64,000 nt of DNA, from contig CM068749.1 of NCBI GenBank assembly GCA_035084275.1, positions 15,996,001 through 16,060,000 of the forward strand. Direction: 5' to 3'. Shown here in pieces: positions 48,783-62,093 of the stretch. Under the pieces are notes generated by a model. It ran no database searches and was not told where the DNA came from. It was given only the letters and a program-made list of their open reading frames with translations. Position 1 is the stretch's first letter. Every line of letters starts with the position of its first letter. The translations under genes were made by a program, and so were the position numbers. This DNA comes from Hydrolagus colliei (taxonomy: Eukaryota).

Positions 48783-51651
48783 TGCTTAAACTAGCATCTC
48801 TTTCAAGCCCCCGGTAGCCTGTGTTGAATGAATGGAATCAATTAACCAGAAACGGGTCGCTCTCATGTGGACTCCCCCCCCCAAAAAAATCAGTTCAAGA
48901 TCATTTTATTAGAATCTCTCTCCCTCTCCTGGTTTTTGTTTCCAAAAAAAGTTTGCGATTGTAGTAGCCTTTTGCTCGCACTAACAGTTTGTGTGTGTGT
49001 GTATAAATATATATATATATATATGTGTGTGTGTATGTTTCTGGTGTGAGTTAAATGTTTTAAACTGTTGTTGGTAAATGTAGCCAAGTGCGTGTGTTAC
49101 CCACTGGTGCTGTGTGTGTGTCTGTGTGTTTGTGTTGCTTGCGATGTGTGTGTTTTTTTTGGAAAAAAGATTGCTGTTCAAAAATCAGACCTTGTAGAAA
49201 CTAGGAGGTGAAGGGGGGAGAGGGGGGTGGGGAGTAAATCAACAGCAGAACAACATGTGGGAGATTTGATTTGATTCCCCCCCCCCTCCCCTTTTCGCGA
49301 GAATATCTTTGGCTGTTTTGTTGTTGTTGTTGTTTTTGCTTCTTTCATCAGTTTGGTAGTTTCTTTTCAAACGAGCAAAAGATTTACCATTGAAAGTGTG
49401 TGATGTCCAGTGGGGGTGGAACCCTCCCCCCCACACACATACACACACACAGTGGGTTCCACATGGTTTCATTAAGGAAAATAATAATCTGTATTTACCA
49501 GGGAATTGGAATGAAGGTGCATGTGAGGCAGGGAGAAAGGAATTGAATGCAGTTGGAACAAATGTTCTGTTGTTTGGTTTCATCAGATACTCGCGCAAAT
49601 TTGCCTCTTTTGTTCGTGGTTTTTTTGCCAAAAAGGAGTGCCATTTCACATCATTCTGCACAAATTGTTTGAATTAATGTGAGTGCAGATTTCTTGCTGT
49701 TTGAAGGGGGCATTACCATATCAAAGGGTTCACAGCGTTGGTTCAATTGAGAAAACGTCAGCCTGTCTCCCATTTGCTGTGAACTTTAGGCCTAAAGGCC
49801 ATCAGGGATTGTGAATGGGTAAAATAGGGAGGGGGGGGGGGAGATGTGTTTGTTCTGTTTTCTGTAGTTTTACTGTTTTGTAATTATGTCAGTTTAAAAA
49901 AAAACATGGTGTATTTGCTGCAACCCCCCTTTGCAAGCGCCCAGACTATTATTTGCTGCTGATTAATGGTTCGCTGTTAGAAAAATCAGTGACCTTCCTT
50001 GACAGGGAGAGTTACATAGTTTCTTCTGTCTTTGGTGAGAGTTCTTTTTCGTAGCCTTTCTCTTTTTGTGTCTCCCACTGAATTACATCAGTAGCCAGAA
50101 AATTGTAAAGGGCATAACCATAATTGAGGCAGTCTGTTCAAGAATCTTCACGAAATCATAATGGGAAATGATGTTTTTCTGGGTGTAGTGTCCATTAACA
50201 TCATATTTTCAAAACAGCGCTTGCAGAAATCCCTCTGAAAATTCAAACGCAAGATAACTGATGTTTTGTGCTAGTCATTATCGTAGTGTGTAAGATCCAT
50301 TTTGCGTTAACCTATTTGAGGTGCACTTTTGCCCTCTCAAAAGTTTGTTTGCCCAGAACAAACTGTTTGTTTCAATCAAAGCTATTTTAAATGGTTAAGG
50401 GTAAAATAGGATCTTTTGATTCTATCCTGTTTGGTTATTTTACTCGCGAGACACGGCTATGCACTTCTTTTAATCAATTCTTTCAACTTATGTAAAAATC
50501 GGCTGTTTATATAATAGACTTTAAATGCAGTTTTTCTTAATGCTTGGTTCCATTTTAATTTACCATAATATATTAGCAATATGGTCACAAAGTCCATCGG
50601 AATATTTCTTTATTCATTAAATATTGGTTGCCATTATCACGCTCGCGTCACCACTAAATTTTATGTTATGAACGCTGGTTGTTGTGAAGGACAAAAATCC
50701 TAGAAGCCATTTGCTGTTGGCATTAATATTCAGATTTTTCAAAGTGTTTCTCAATTGAGATTATATAGAACCGAAATGTTGTAAATCCTTTGAAGATACA
50801 GGATGATGTGGCGATAATACTTTGTACTCGAATAACAGAATCAGACTACTTGGAAGAAATTGAAGTGCCATAACAGCACTTCACCTGTCATTTTCAATCT
50901 TGTGCTTACTCTGTCAGAGACAGGAAGCAAACTGAAATGGGTGGTTTGCTCTGTAACTAGTGGGGATCCAGTAGGATATTGAATGAGCTCAGTCGTTGAG
51001 TACAATGCAGATCACATCAGTTTGGGCTGGTGAAACTCAATTAGACTTTTCCTGGTCTGCTGACTCCTGGGTTTTTCCTTTCATTGATGAACACATCAAA
51101 AGTAAGTAAACAAGATACTCTTGCAACAGAAGTAAACTGAAAAGCGCACACATCCCATAATGTAACAGTTTGTCCTAAACTTTGTCCAGCAAACCCCACT
51201 TTTATGGCTCCAATTTTCACCTTCACTGGTCAAGCTGAATGCACGAGAGGGTTTTGGGTGTTTCTGAGAACTCAAGTTGAAAGAAGAAACGGCTTCTCAT
51301 TAAATATTTGTTTCCATCCATAGCAAAGATTTATTCAGCGGTTGGGTTTTCTCATCTTACCATGACTAAAGCTTCCTGTACCCCTTATTAAGCTGCTGCA
51401 GAGGATGTGTTGCCTGAAGAAGGAGATTATATTGGATACTTTGCAGTGGCAGAGGTGCCAGTTTATTTCATCAATTCAATCTTGTAAACTTGTAAAGCTA
51501 CTGTGTAGATGTTTTCATTATTTTGAAAACAACTGCAATAATTGTCAATATTTGAGAATGGAAACCCCCTTTTGTTGTTTGCATCTCTCAACCACAATTT
51601 CATAATACAAATCGTAATATTTTGGTTGATTAGGCTACAAATTATAAAAGT

Positions 51652-51803
51652 AATAAGCCTCGTACTTGATATACGGTCGTGCTTTTCACGTCTTCTGGAC
51701 ATCTCAAAACCCTTCACAAGATATACCGTGAAGTGAATTGACCGTATATTTGAGGGAGAAATGCGGCCACCAATTCCGCACAGCAGTGCCCACAACAATC
51801 GTG
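51652..51803 (-). mobile_element. Family A SINE, 3' half
   Basis: gtgcttttcacgtcttctggacatctc…gtgaattgaccgtatattt…gcacagcagtgcccaca. Confidence 0.8.
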
Positions 51804-52053
51804 GTTCAAATTACTTATGGTGATTTCGTAAAAGTGCTGGATCAATTATAGCTCAAGATTTTGCTGTTTTATCATCACTAAGATCGTAAATTCTTAGACG
51901 TTCAATATTAAAGTTGACTTTTAGTAAAAAGTATTCAATTTCTTAGATATCTGGGGCCTAGATGGTGAGAAGTGATTGAAATAGTATTTAAAGCTGAAAA
52001 CTCAAGGTTCGCCAGTTAATTGTTTTCACAGATATCTGTATGGGTTATTGTAC

Positions 52054-52228
52054 AAACAACGACAATCACAAAATTACACTTGTATAGCGCCTTTCGTGTC
52101 AGGATGATGTCCTGACGAAGGGTTGTAGACCCGAAACATTGACTCTTTTTCCTTTCTCCATGGATGCTGTTTGACCTGCTGAGTTTCCCCAGCAACTTTT
52201 GTTTTTGTTTTGATGTCCCAAGGCGCTG
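52054..52228 (-). mobile_element. L2-type 3' tail split by a Penelope-like insertion
   Basis: acaaaattacacttgtatagcgcctttcgtgtcaggatgatgtcc [insert] caaggcgctg. Confidence 0.85.
52113..52210 (+). mobile_element. 98-bp Penelope-like repeat insertion with hammerhead core and 8-bp TSD
   Basis: TSD TGATGTCC at 52105-52112 and 52211-52218. Core CUGACGA-A-GGGUU-gua-GACCC-GAAA-CAUU. Downstream tttctccatggatgctgtttgacctgctg matches 10920-10948. Confidence 0.8.
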
Positions 52229-52439
52229 AAAAGCGGAACACACTCTTTTTTTTCTTTTACATTTGGAGGTTTCCATTGCCTGAGATCGAAGTCGCGTAGT
52301 AATTGTCATATAATTGTTATCCAGAATCAAATTAACTGTAAGTCTGTGACTTTCCTGTCACCGGTTTATCTCCGCCAACTTGTCCCACTGCCTCTCATGA
52401 AGGTGTTAATTCCTTCCTAGAGTTCAGATCTGCAGGCAC

Positions 52440-52860
52440 TGGTCACTCTTGAATGCCTCACTCAAATGGCCATTATTCATGTTGTGAGCCTTGAATATTG
52501 ACTGTCTTATCAATTGTGGAAGTGTGTGTATTTCTGCATGCGCGCGCGTGTGTGTATGTTTGTCTGCAAGGAATGGTTGGGGAGGGTTGTGCGGGGTGGA
52601 ATTTGTATGTGTGTACTTCAAGTCGAGGTCACTGGATAGCCATTAGGAGCAGGAATCTGCATTGATTTTCAGGTTCATTTCCCACCTCTACCCTTCTCCC
52701 CGCTGCTAACCCGCCAACCTGGGGTGTTGAGACCAGAGTAGGGTCTCTCCTGCCAACCCGCCTGCAATGATATGAACACAAACCGAGGGTCAAGCCTGGA
52801 GCACATTTCTGACATGTATAGCTAAACGGCTCACTGGATAAACTGAAGCTATAGGGGAAG
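52440..52860 (-). mobile_element. Family B repeat, longest copy
   Basis: aaatggccattattcat, aggtcactggatagccattaggagcaggaa and cctggggtgttgagacc match other family B copies in reverse. Confidence 0.6.
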
Positions 52861-55465
52861 GATATCTGTGAAATTCATAATTTAGTGTCAGTTGCATATT
52901 GTTCAGAAATAATAATCTGCTTCAATCGTGTCTTGGAGCAAACACTCCACAGACCGTGATTAATAATTCAGGTTGTGATTCGAAGGGGTCTTGCAGTGTA
53001 ACAAAATTGCTCGTGTTTTTTTTTACTTTCATCAAGCTTTATCGAAATGTGCCTGGAAGCAGTCTATTTACTCAATCCTGTTATTTACAAAGTGTTAGGT
53101 TGAAAAAGGTTGCTAATATCACCTAGACTATCTGAAAAATAAAATACAGTGGCTACCACCTGCCGATAGACTGCAGCCTACAGCAAATTGTCAATTGCTT
53201 AGAAAGCAAAACATTTAAGCTATTTGTACTAAGTATTGGCCAGTGGGTTAACACAGGGACATTTTTTATTTTTATAAAAATATGTAGAACTGCGTTCTAC
53301 ATGTGACGCCACTCTGACCCTGCATGTTGGGGAAGAGGCTACAATTGAACCCTGAGACGATGAAATGTATAACCGCTTTGGCATAAAACACTTAAACTAC
53401 TATTCAAGCAATGTGGCAACAAAAATGGGTCAGTCAGTTAGTCCATGTACCACCGCCTGCTGCAATCATTCATTCGGCAAATCAGGCTGAATAGAAACAA
53501 AAAGAAATATTTTACACAAAATTGATGAGGTTTTAAAGTGTGTTGCTGATTTTAAGGTATGATTCGGCAGTGGATTTGCCAGAGCAAAAGAAAACAGATG
53601 AATGACAACATGTTATGCTTGAATCAGGAATTCAACCTGATAGGAATGAATTAAGTTGTTCAGTACATAGGGATTCCAGCTCCGATTTGAATCATTCTGG
53701 TCTGTTGTGCTGTTATTTGGTGCGTGAAAAGGATCACTGAAATCAGTTTTTAAAAAACCTGTGTACGGATGCATGTGTTAAGCACAGAAAGTCATAAAGT
53801 GACTTAATTGTCCTTTAATTGTCATTCTGAATGTTCAGGTTTAATTCGTGACTTGGTTGGGAATCCTTATAACAACTGGACCCCGCACCTGCTGCAGAGT
53901 CTCCTGGTGTCAGCGTACTGAAGGCACAGTGTCTCAGTCTATTCACTGAGTGCAGACAATTCAGCCATAGGGATCAGAAAATGACAAGCCAGAACCAATG
54001 GGCCTTGCTTGGGTCATGAAGTCAACTCAAAGGAATTTCCAGGGAACTGCTTGAAAGCAGAGGACAAATGTCACTCTGAATAGAGATGTTTAAATCAGGT
54101 TTTCATCCATAGGGTGAGTTTTATTTCTGTTTTATCCCGGATGTATTGTCTGACTCTACACAGCGCAGCATTAATCACTAGTTGACAAGAGAACGTGTGC
54201 TGAACAAAATGGACCTCCATTGGTACTGTCATTGATTTCTTCCAATCTGTTTGGAGTACATTATTAACATTAAATTCACACAAAGGGATTCAGGCTTACC
54301 CTCTTATTTTGAAGTTAAATGTAGCTATCTCACCGCCAGACTTACCAAAGCTGAATTTCACTTGGGCCTTTTCTGACTTGGTGCCAAAGTGATGGCTTGC
54401 AGATGTACTTTTTGGTTTCCTGTCAATCAAGGTATTGCACAAGTGCATAGAATTCTTAGCAGTCAGGTCTTACTATATTCCACTGAGTTTTAAAACATTT
54501 ACTGAAAAAAGGCTAGCATTTCCATAAAAAGATAAGTGTAGCACTGGCATGTTAAACTAAGCTGCTTTGCTTCTAATAACCAAGTGATTCCATGTGTGTA
54601 AAATGAGATGGTTTGAATCTTGATGCAGCAGGTTTTCACTTTATTCAGAATTTTCTTGAATTTTGTCATATCATCGACTGAAAGCAGTCACCTTGACTAA
54701 GCCCTTTATTAATTGCTCTGTCATTCCATAGTACCGTACTACCTTTAAAGATGTGTTTCAGCACTATGCAGTAAACAGTGGCATCTTGTGGTCTTTCTTG
54801 TATTCAAAGCTTTATTATTTCCCAGCCAGCTGCCAGTTTTCACAACTTAAGGTATACAGTATTCTGAGAGTTGACCTAAGTAAGCACTGATGGCCAAGTA
54901 ACAAGACTGTGCCCTCAGACCAAAAATACCTTTCTATTTTTAATATTGATTCATCTGCAAAGGAAGCATTTAAATTAAGTCTGACTCCTGCAGATCGTGA
55001 GTTTTGAGAATTAATTTATCGGTCTCCAATTCTTCCGAAGTGGTAAAATGTTACAGTGACTTTTTTTTGCAGGGCTTTTTTTTTAAAAAAAAGACTGAAT
55101 TGATTTTTTGTTTGGAAAAAAATCAAGGAATAGGAGATTGTATAGATCACTTAGCGTTCACCTCTGAGTTTGAATGCAGCTCAGAGTGAAAGAGAGGTGA
55201 TTTCCTTGCTTGACCAGCTCAGGGAGGATCCTAATTGAAATGTGTTCAATATGAGTAGAATGTAGTTCCTGAAAGTTATGAATCTGTAGCATTAAATTGC
55301 CTATGATTGGTCCTAAATTATAAGACTCACTTAAAGAACACCCAAAATTTGGGAGCTGGAAATGTCAGTAGCAACCCTTATTTGAGCCTGCGCATCAAGG
55401 TACATTGATGGGGTTGTGCAGTGATGGCATTATTCTGCATCTAACATGTGCTCTCCCTTCTCTAG

Positions 55466-55500
55466 GTGTATTTTGTTGGTTGCGCGTGATACAAAGATGA
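55466..55500 (+). other. Candidate 35-nt micro-exon
   Basis: Branch point CTAAC at 55441, tract ctctcccttctctag, donor TGA|GTAAGA. Confidence 0.35.
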
Positions 55501-55744
55501 GTAAGACAGAAATTTTCCTGACCGTTCATTTGGTGGCTCCTTTACCATAACCTCATCTTGTAGAATATTAGCTTGGGATCAGCATGGAATTATGCAAAAT
55601 TATTTAATGAAACACCCGTGATAATTGATAAGTTAGAAATGCCGTCATTTTAAATCTATTTTGCATTTCCAAAATATGTGGCGGAAATAAGATTTGTCTT
55701 TATTGAAGTTTTTTTTTGGGGGTCATCCACAATCGCATGGTGGA

Positions 55745-55960
55745 TAACTGTAGCGGATCTCAGCTGTGGGTTGAATGCAGAGTGAAATTTGCCTCTGACT
55801 TTCTCAGACTTGGGAAGGAGCAAGTCAGCCAGGGTCCCTGCTCCTGGTCCCCCTTCAGCAGCTTGTATTGATTCTGAAGATGTGTGGCACTGGGGTGGGA
55901 AGAGATCAGGCTCGCTGTGACGCCCTCTACAGTCAACACTCACTGCCACCTTGAATAGTA
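55745..55960 (+). mobile_element. Family B repeat fragment
   Basis: gatctcagctg…tcagccagggtccctgctcct…gatcaggctcgctgtgacgccc…acactcactg. Confidence 0.6.
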
Positions 55961-56016
55961 GTCTCGTTGGCTGGTACGAGAGAGAATTCAGTGCTCGTGA
56001 AATTGCTTGTGAAATT

Positions 56017-56077
56017 AAGCGCTCTGAGACGCCATCCGGCGTGGAGGGCGCTATATAAATCGAAGTTGTTGTTGTTG
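56017..56077 (+). mobile_element. L2-type 3' tail only (variant)
   Basis: aagcgctctgagacgccatccggcgtggagggcgctatataaatcgaagttgttgttgttg, with stems agcgctct/agggcgct and acgcc/ggcgt. Confidence 0.8.
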
Positions 56078-56256
56078 CACCCCAGTAAGTGGAGGGACAG
56101 TTAGGTACAAAGCCAGTGGGGAGAAAATTAGCTAAAAATTGGACACTACATTTAATAAAAAATTAACTGGGCATTTGAAATACAGTACTGGGGAAATGCA
56201 AACAATTGCTCATCAGTATTGTATCACAATAAATGTTATTCCTTCGTATTCAAGTT

Positions 56257-56298
56257 ATATATGTATATATATATATATATAGATATATATATATATAT
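56257..56298. repeat. (TA)n microsatellite
   Basis: Directly visible. Confidence 0.9.
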
Positions 56299-57659
56299 GC
56301 AGCTAACCCTGACATGACCAGTGTATCGTTCCCATAGGGTGGAGAGTGCTGCGGTGGAGAGTGAAGGCGTCTGATTTCAGCGCTCTGCTGCATTTGTTTT
56401 GCTCCCTTGTTAATTCTAGGCAGGATTTAACATTGCGAAGGCTATGCCATAGGATTCTCAATGACGTCCTGGTTTATGTTGAGTGGTGGTGTTGGCACAT
56501 ATGCTATTAATGCCTGTACCCGTTTGCACATGTGGTCAAAATTTGACAAAGAGCTGGCACATTTGCAAGGTAAATGTACGAGAGGCAGGAGAGTGTCTCC
56601 AAGTGTCAGCACCACTTTCCTGCCTCCAAATGTACAAGCTAAATACGCCATTAACACCTTAAATAACCTACAAACTGATTTGAATTCAAAACCTAGCTCA
56701 CTGGCTATAATTAGGCCATGAATACATTAGTATGTAAATAATTTGAGCATTGTATTAATCCTCTAAATCGCTTTTTATAGATGGTTTCAAAATTTCTATT
56801 TTAAAAAAATGCATTTCACCTTGTTGCCTCCCTTTTGTCTTTCTTTTATTCCTCTTGAAGTGCGATTTCCCCGACTTTCGTTTTAAGATGACTCAATAGC
56901 ATTAATTTCTGAGCCCTGGTGTATTTCCTGATATAGAAAGAACTTGCATTTTTATTCCCCCACATCGCACCTCCCAAGCACTTCACAGATAAAGCGTCTC
57001 ACAATTTCTCCAGCAAGGTTGTGCAAACACCCTTGAAGTGGCCAATGTCTGGTCTGTAAACCGCCGCACTGAAGGCAGATAGTTGATGGGGGGAAACTCT
57101 GAGTCTTGGAACAACAGCTACCAGAAGCCATTACCTGGACTCTGGAGTTCGTGAACACGCATTCATATATCCAAGTAATGAAATATACTTTGATGAGCAT
57201 GCGGAAAGGTAAGAAACTGCTTCTCAATCTCCGTAATCCCCAACTGGTGAAACTGGTTCACCTTAATGGCTAGGGATTTGTGTCCGAGCTTCGGCCAGAA
57301 CATTGGTGGCAATGCTTTCAGGCATCTCATGCCGAGCTGTGCCGTTCACCAAAAAGGTTACAGATAGTTCCTGGTAACCCCCTCCCCCATCAACCTAGTG
57401 ACATGAGGCGTCCTCCCTATGTGATAGGTGTCATATAAATGTAAATTGGATTGTATGTGGTCTGCTGAGCAGTATAATGGAATCTGTAGTTGATAGTTTC
57501 TGTGTACTTCTACACAAGTCTGTGTCATGCTTAAGGGTCATCCTTTTTTTTAAAAAAAATGCAGTTCAAAAGATCAAACTCAGATCTGGATCATCCATCA
57601 AAAACATATTTGATTATCGGCACCACAGGATGGATTTATGAGCAGGAGAGCCTGCCGTA

Positions 57660-58440
57660 CACATTTATTGGACTTTTCGCCCCCCCCCCAGAGGATGTGA
57701 CAAACATTTATTGGAAGGGGTAATCTGGCAGATATTGGATATTTTTTGATACTGTGTCCTTTCAGAATCTAGCCCTGAAGGTGGGTACCTATAGAGTTAG
57801 CGAAGGTATAAAGTGGATTGACAACTGACTAAATAGTAGAAATAGAGGCAAAAATTTTAATAGGCGCAATAAGCTACGGGAGAAGTGTGGACCAGAGCTC
57901 AGCTATTTCTCTTTTGCAATGTGCATATATTAAACAGATGAGGGATTAAAAGACTACTTTTTACATTTGCTGATGACAGAAAATTGAGGCGATGGCAAAA
58001 TGCACAGTGGAGGTTGGTATTAATTAAAGGGATCTAAGGAGTCCCAGCAGTTTGTCTAATGATTGGAAAACACCCTTTAATGTCTGTGAATGCTAAATAG
58101 GTCCAGAAAACATTAACTCTGAGTTCAAGATGAATTAGCTTACCTTGATGAAGGTGGAGGAGGGAACTGATTTGAGAGTCAATGCAGACGGTTTTTTAAA
58201 AAAAATTGGCAGCATCGAGGTAATGATTAATAAGGCAAATAAATTGTTAGAAGTGTTGCCAGAAATTTGAAGTCCAAGTGCAGAGATGTGGTAATATTTT
58301 TATAGAATACGTTAATGAGCCCACACTTTAAATATTCCTGATACTGCCAGTGGCAGATTGATTCATTAGGAATAGAGCAGAGTAGAAACAAAATATGATT
58401 CCTGGACTTTCTAATAAAGCTGAGCCCAGGGAATTAACTG
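57660..58440 (+). mobile_element. Highly degraded CR1 LINE reverse-transcriptase fragment
   Basis: WIDN*LNSR, FADD at 57966-57977 followed by RKL, then W..PFNV..C, EE.TDL.V, KANKLL and LY..LM.PHF motifs in CR1 ORF2 order, with many stops and frameshifts. Confidence 0.75.
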
Positions 58441-59290
58441 CCTGTTTATACTGGCGATCTGAGGTCACATTGGAATGGAGGGCTCCACTGAAATCTGAAA
58501 TCCGACCTCTGACTGCAGTCCCAGTTTCGAATGAACTTGCCTCTGGGGTAGATTTCATCTTGGAACCAATTTGAAGGCAGAGCAGGCATTTGATGAATTC
58601 TTTCTCAGTGGCATTCCACTGACCAGATTGCGTTGGATATTATACATTGGATACCCAAAACACGAATGTGTACCATACATGTGTGTACTTCATGTCTCAG
58701 GTGCGTTTCTACCTAACTGCGTTTGGCATGCGCCTGCTTGATCCAATGTAGCCACGTGCTACTTGCCCTAACCGTTTGATGAAACTGTACAGGCAGTGTC
58801 TGGTGTACCTATGCACACAGTGCCTGAGGTCTGCCCATACTGCCTAATGTGTGCACATGCACAAGCATAGAACTGCCTGCTGAGAGCCAGAAACATACGC
58901 AAGGTAGCACCACTCATTCTGCCTGAGTGGATTCACGTACAGAGCCAGGTTTAAAAGGGAAATTCCAGGTTCCAACTGAAATAAATTTCAAAGTGGATAT
59001 TTTCAAATTACAGGGAGCTGTCATTGATCGCTCTGGAGAGATTCTTAGCAGTCTTTAGTCTCCAAACATTGTTCAGGAATTCAACGAGTAAATTATTTCA
59101 CTGGATTGCAGGATAACCATTATTATACCAACAGTACCCCATAATCATGAGTGCAGGTTTTCCATGAATCTGAAAGCCTTTAAAAGCCCAATTTATGTTA
59201 CCGTTGCCAGTTCCCTGGCTATTGTAAGGTGCCTTGGGACATCATAAACTAGGACGTCTTATTTTCTTTAAGTGGTACCATCTTGTCAGG

Positions 59291-59559
59291 AATAATAATC
59301 CTTGCATTTGATACAGCATTTTTCACGTCTTCTAGACGTCTCAGAGAGCGTCACAGAATATACTATAAAGTGAATTGACTGTATATTTGTGGGTGAAATG
59401 TGGATTGAAATGACCAATTTATTATAGTGTTTTTTGATGGATTATTATTGGACCCAAGGTAGAGTAAGGAAATTTGCCCAAGGTTTTGCCCTGCCTTGAT
59501 TCGAACATAGATCTCACTCTTGTAAGGCAAGTGCTCCAACCATTGAGCTACCGAACTCC
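59291..59559 (-). mobile_element. Family A SINE, internally deleted
   Basis: Head ggagttcggtagctcaatggttggagcac, B-box-like tgttcgaatc and the family tail; lacks the gctgtgcgcaattggctg segment. Confidence 0.88.
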
Positions 59560-59810
59560 ATGTAGTTTTAGGAAGTAGTCTTGACACTAGTAAGTAGATA
59601 CGAACGACTTTGAAACATGCATTTTTGGTGTTTGGAAGATGAAATAAGTATGAATCTGAAGCTGGGTGTTCAAAGATTATACCACAGTCTTGGTGCTTGT
59701 TTAGAGATGAATTCAACCAAGACCACATATTGTATTTCCCCGTTGGCATCAAGAAGAAAGCATTACAATTTTGTTGTTGGTACTCTATTGTACTGTGGGC
59801 TACCATATTT

Positions 59811-60018
59811 CTCCCTTTCCTCCTTCAAGGCCTGTCTCAAGACTTTCCTCTTCGACCGCGCCTTCGGCTGCCCCACTAACTCTTCCCCCTCTCCCACTCT
59901 CCTTCCCCCTGCCCCGACCCTCTCTTCTTCACCCCACCCCGACCTGACTGTTTAGCGCTTTAAGATGTCCTCCCGACGTGAAAGGCCCTATATAAGTGCA
60001 ATTTTGTTGTTGTTGTTT
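59811..60018 (+). mobile_element. L2 LINE 3' fragment
   Basis: SLSSFKACLKTFLFDRAF, then a C-rich UTR, stem-loop tail and (TTG)n. Confidence 0.88.
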
Positions 60019-61309
60019 CTCTGAAGAAGCAATACAAGTTACGATGCTGCTCCTCTGCATACCCTTTTCCCATACAATGGCGAGGGCACACAGACCAGAC
60101 CAGACACTTGTCTCAGCTCATAACCACCTTTGCCTGTGTTTGTTGATTCTGATGTTGCTTCTGCTGCTTTGGGCTCAGGACACAGAGAAAATGCAACTGG
60201 GTGTGAGCAACAGCAGCCTATGGCTTCAGAGCCAGTTCTACTTGAAGCAGTGTTAAATTTCCTGCAAGATCATCATGGCATTTCATGCCTCTGAGCAGCT
60301 AAATCAAGAGCGGCCCGGGTAACAGTTTGGAAGCAGGATGCAAAACAAGATATTTTGATGCTTTCAAACAAAAAGACGGGAAAATAAACCCTTCTGTCAC
60401 AATAAACTAACAGTTTAACTGAAAGAAATTAACCCCGAAAGGGAATAAAATGTACAGATGAGCTGCTGGCCATTTAGGGAGAAGAGAGTTGTAACATTTG
60501 TGTGCAGCAAGGAAGAAAAAAATAGAAAGGACTGGAGGTCAAATCTGGTGTTGCTGATAAGATGGGACGTTGCTCCTGGTAGTTTTGCTCAGTTTCCCCC
60601 CTTCCCCCATATATTTCTTGCCCTGTTTGTCCAATACATTCTTCAAGGTGATGGTTCTTGTTGTTGTTTGATTCCATGATGCAAGCAAGGCATTGGTACT
60701 TTGCCCAAATGATTTTTCGTCATGGTTGAATGCAGGCAATATGTATTGGCAGGAAAAGTGAATGTTGGTTGCAAATGAATATCATTTTAGCTTAGCCTAG
60801 TCCTGGGTTTACCCATTGATTGTGGAGAGAGTGTAGTCTTGGCCACTTTCTGTTGCCCACCCCTTCCCTGAATGTATTGCTTTTGTTGGGATGTAGTTCC
60901 TCAGGCAACTCATCTCGTGTGTTACTTAGACTGCAAGTGTTGGATGTGATTTTGCCATCTGGAGCACCAAATGGGAGTCTAATCTTGCCCTGACATTCAC
61001 ATTTTCCTGCAGGTTTAATCGGACAAGTGTCTGGAGCAAAACCACTGATTTTTGTTTTTGTTCCCCTCCTCCCTCTCCGTTTGAACAGAAAGATATAATT
61101 ACCAATCTTGGGAACAGAATTCAAGTGAATAACTGTGCCTTCTTTTCTTTAAGTGGTACCACCTTTCTCGGGTCTGTTCCAACTTTACGCTAATCAGTGC
61201 CCGATACTTAAACACATGAATAAACAAGCTTTCGCGCCTCCTGTTTAACTTTCCCTTCCTCAATCTGCCTGGTACCACCTGATCAAACCATTATCCAATT
61301 GCATTCCAT

Positions 61310-61491
61310 AATAAATTGGTCCACTCAATCTGTGACAGTTTGTGGGACGCTGCTGTGCACAATTGGCTGCTACATTTCCCCCACAAACTATACAGTCAAT
61401 TCGCTTTACAATATATTCTGTGAAGCGCTTTGAGACATCTCAAGGCATGATAAGGAGCAATATTGAATGCAAGTACAGTAGTATTATTATT
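61310..61491 (+). mobile_element. Family A SINE, 3' half
   Basis: gtttgtgggacgctgctgtgcacaattggctgc…tgtgaagcgctttgagacatct…aatgcaag. Confidence 0.85.
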
Positions 61492-61964
61492 CTACCTTGT
61501 ATGTAACTGCTTACTACATTCCCAATTTATTGTTCCTCCAAACACATCTAGTCACCAACTGATCCCTTACTCTACTTTTAATTGCCAGCTTCTGGAGAGA
61601 CCATCTGGTTCCACTTCGCCTTTCCACCCCTGCAACCAGACATGATCAACAATGTTAAAGTAATTATTGGACACATCCTTAATTTTAAGGATGCTGACAT
61701 TCCTATTTTTCAGAATCTAAGGCTACAGAGATTAGTTATTAGCAAGTTTTAATTTTAAGGCACAGCAGCATAAATGTTCCATAATTGTTTGTTGTAGCCA
61801 TAATGCAAAACTCTATATATCATAATACTCAACAGAGTTTTATTGGTCTACGATGTTAAAGTGATTCCAAATGCACGTTTCATGCTGGCAAAGCTTAGCA
61901 CTAATATATTCCCAAAATACATTATTCTTATGTCATAAACAACTTGCTGGGGTACTATTCGACA

Positions 61965-62090
61965 ACTCCCTCACCTCCTAACCCTGGGGTATCTGGGGCC
62001 ATTTTAAGCCATCCTTACAACCCTGGCTGGGACCAGCATACTTAGCATAAACAGGCATTCAAATCAGGATGCTCCTGGTCAGTAAAGCTG
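61965..62090 (-). mobile_element. Family B repeat fragment
   Basis: ctaaccctggggtatctggggccatttta…cttagcataaacagg resembles the reverse complement of 20830-20915. Confidence 0.4.
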
Positions 62091-62093
62091 CAA

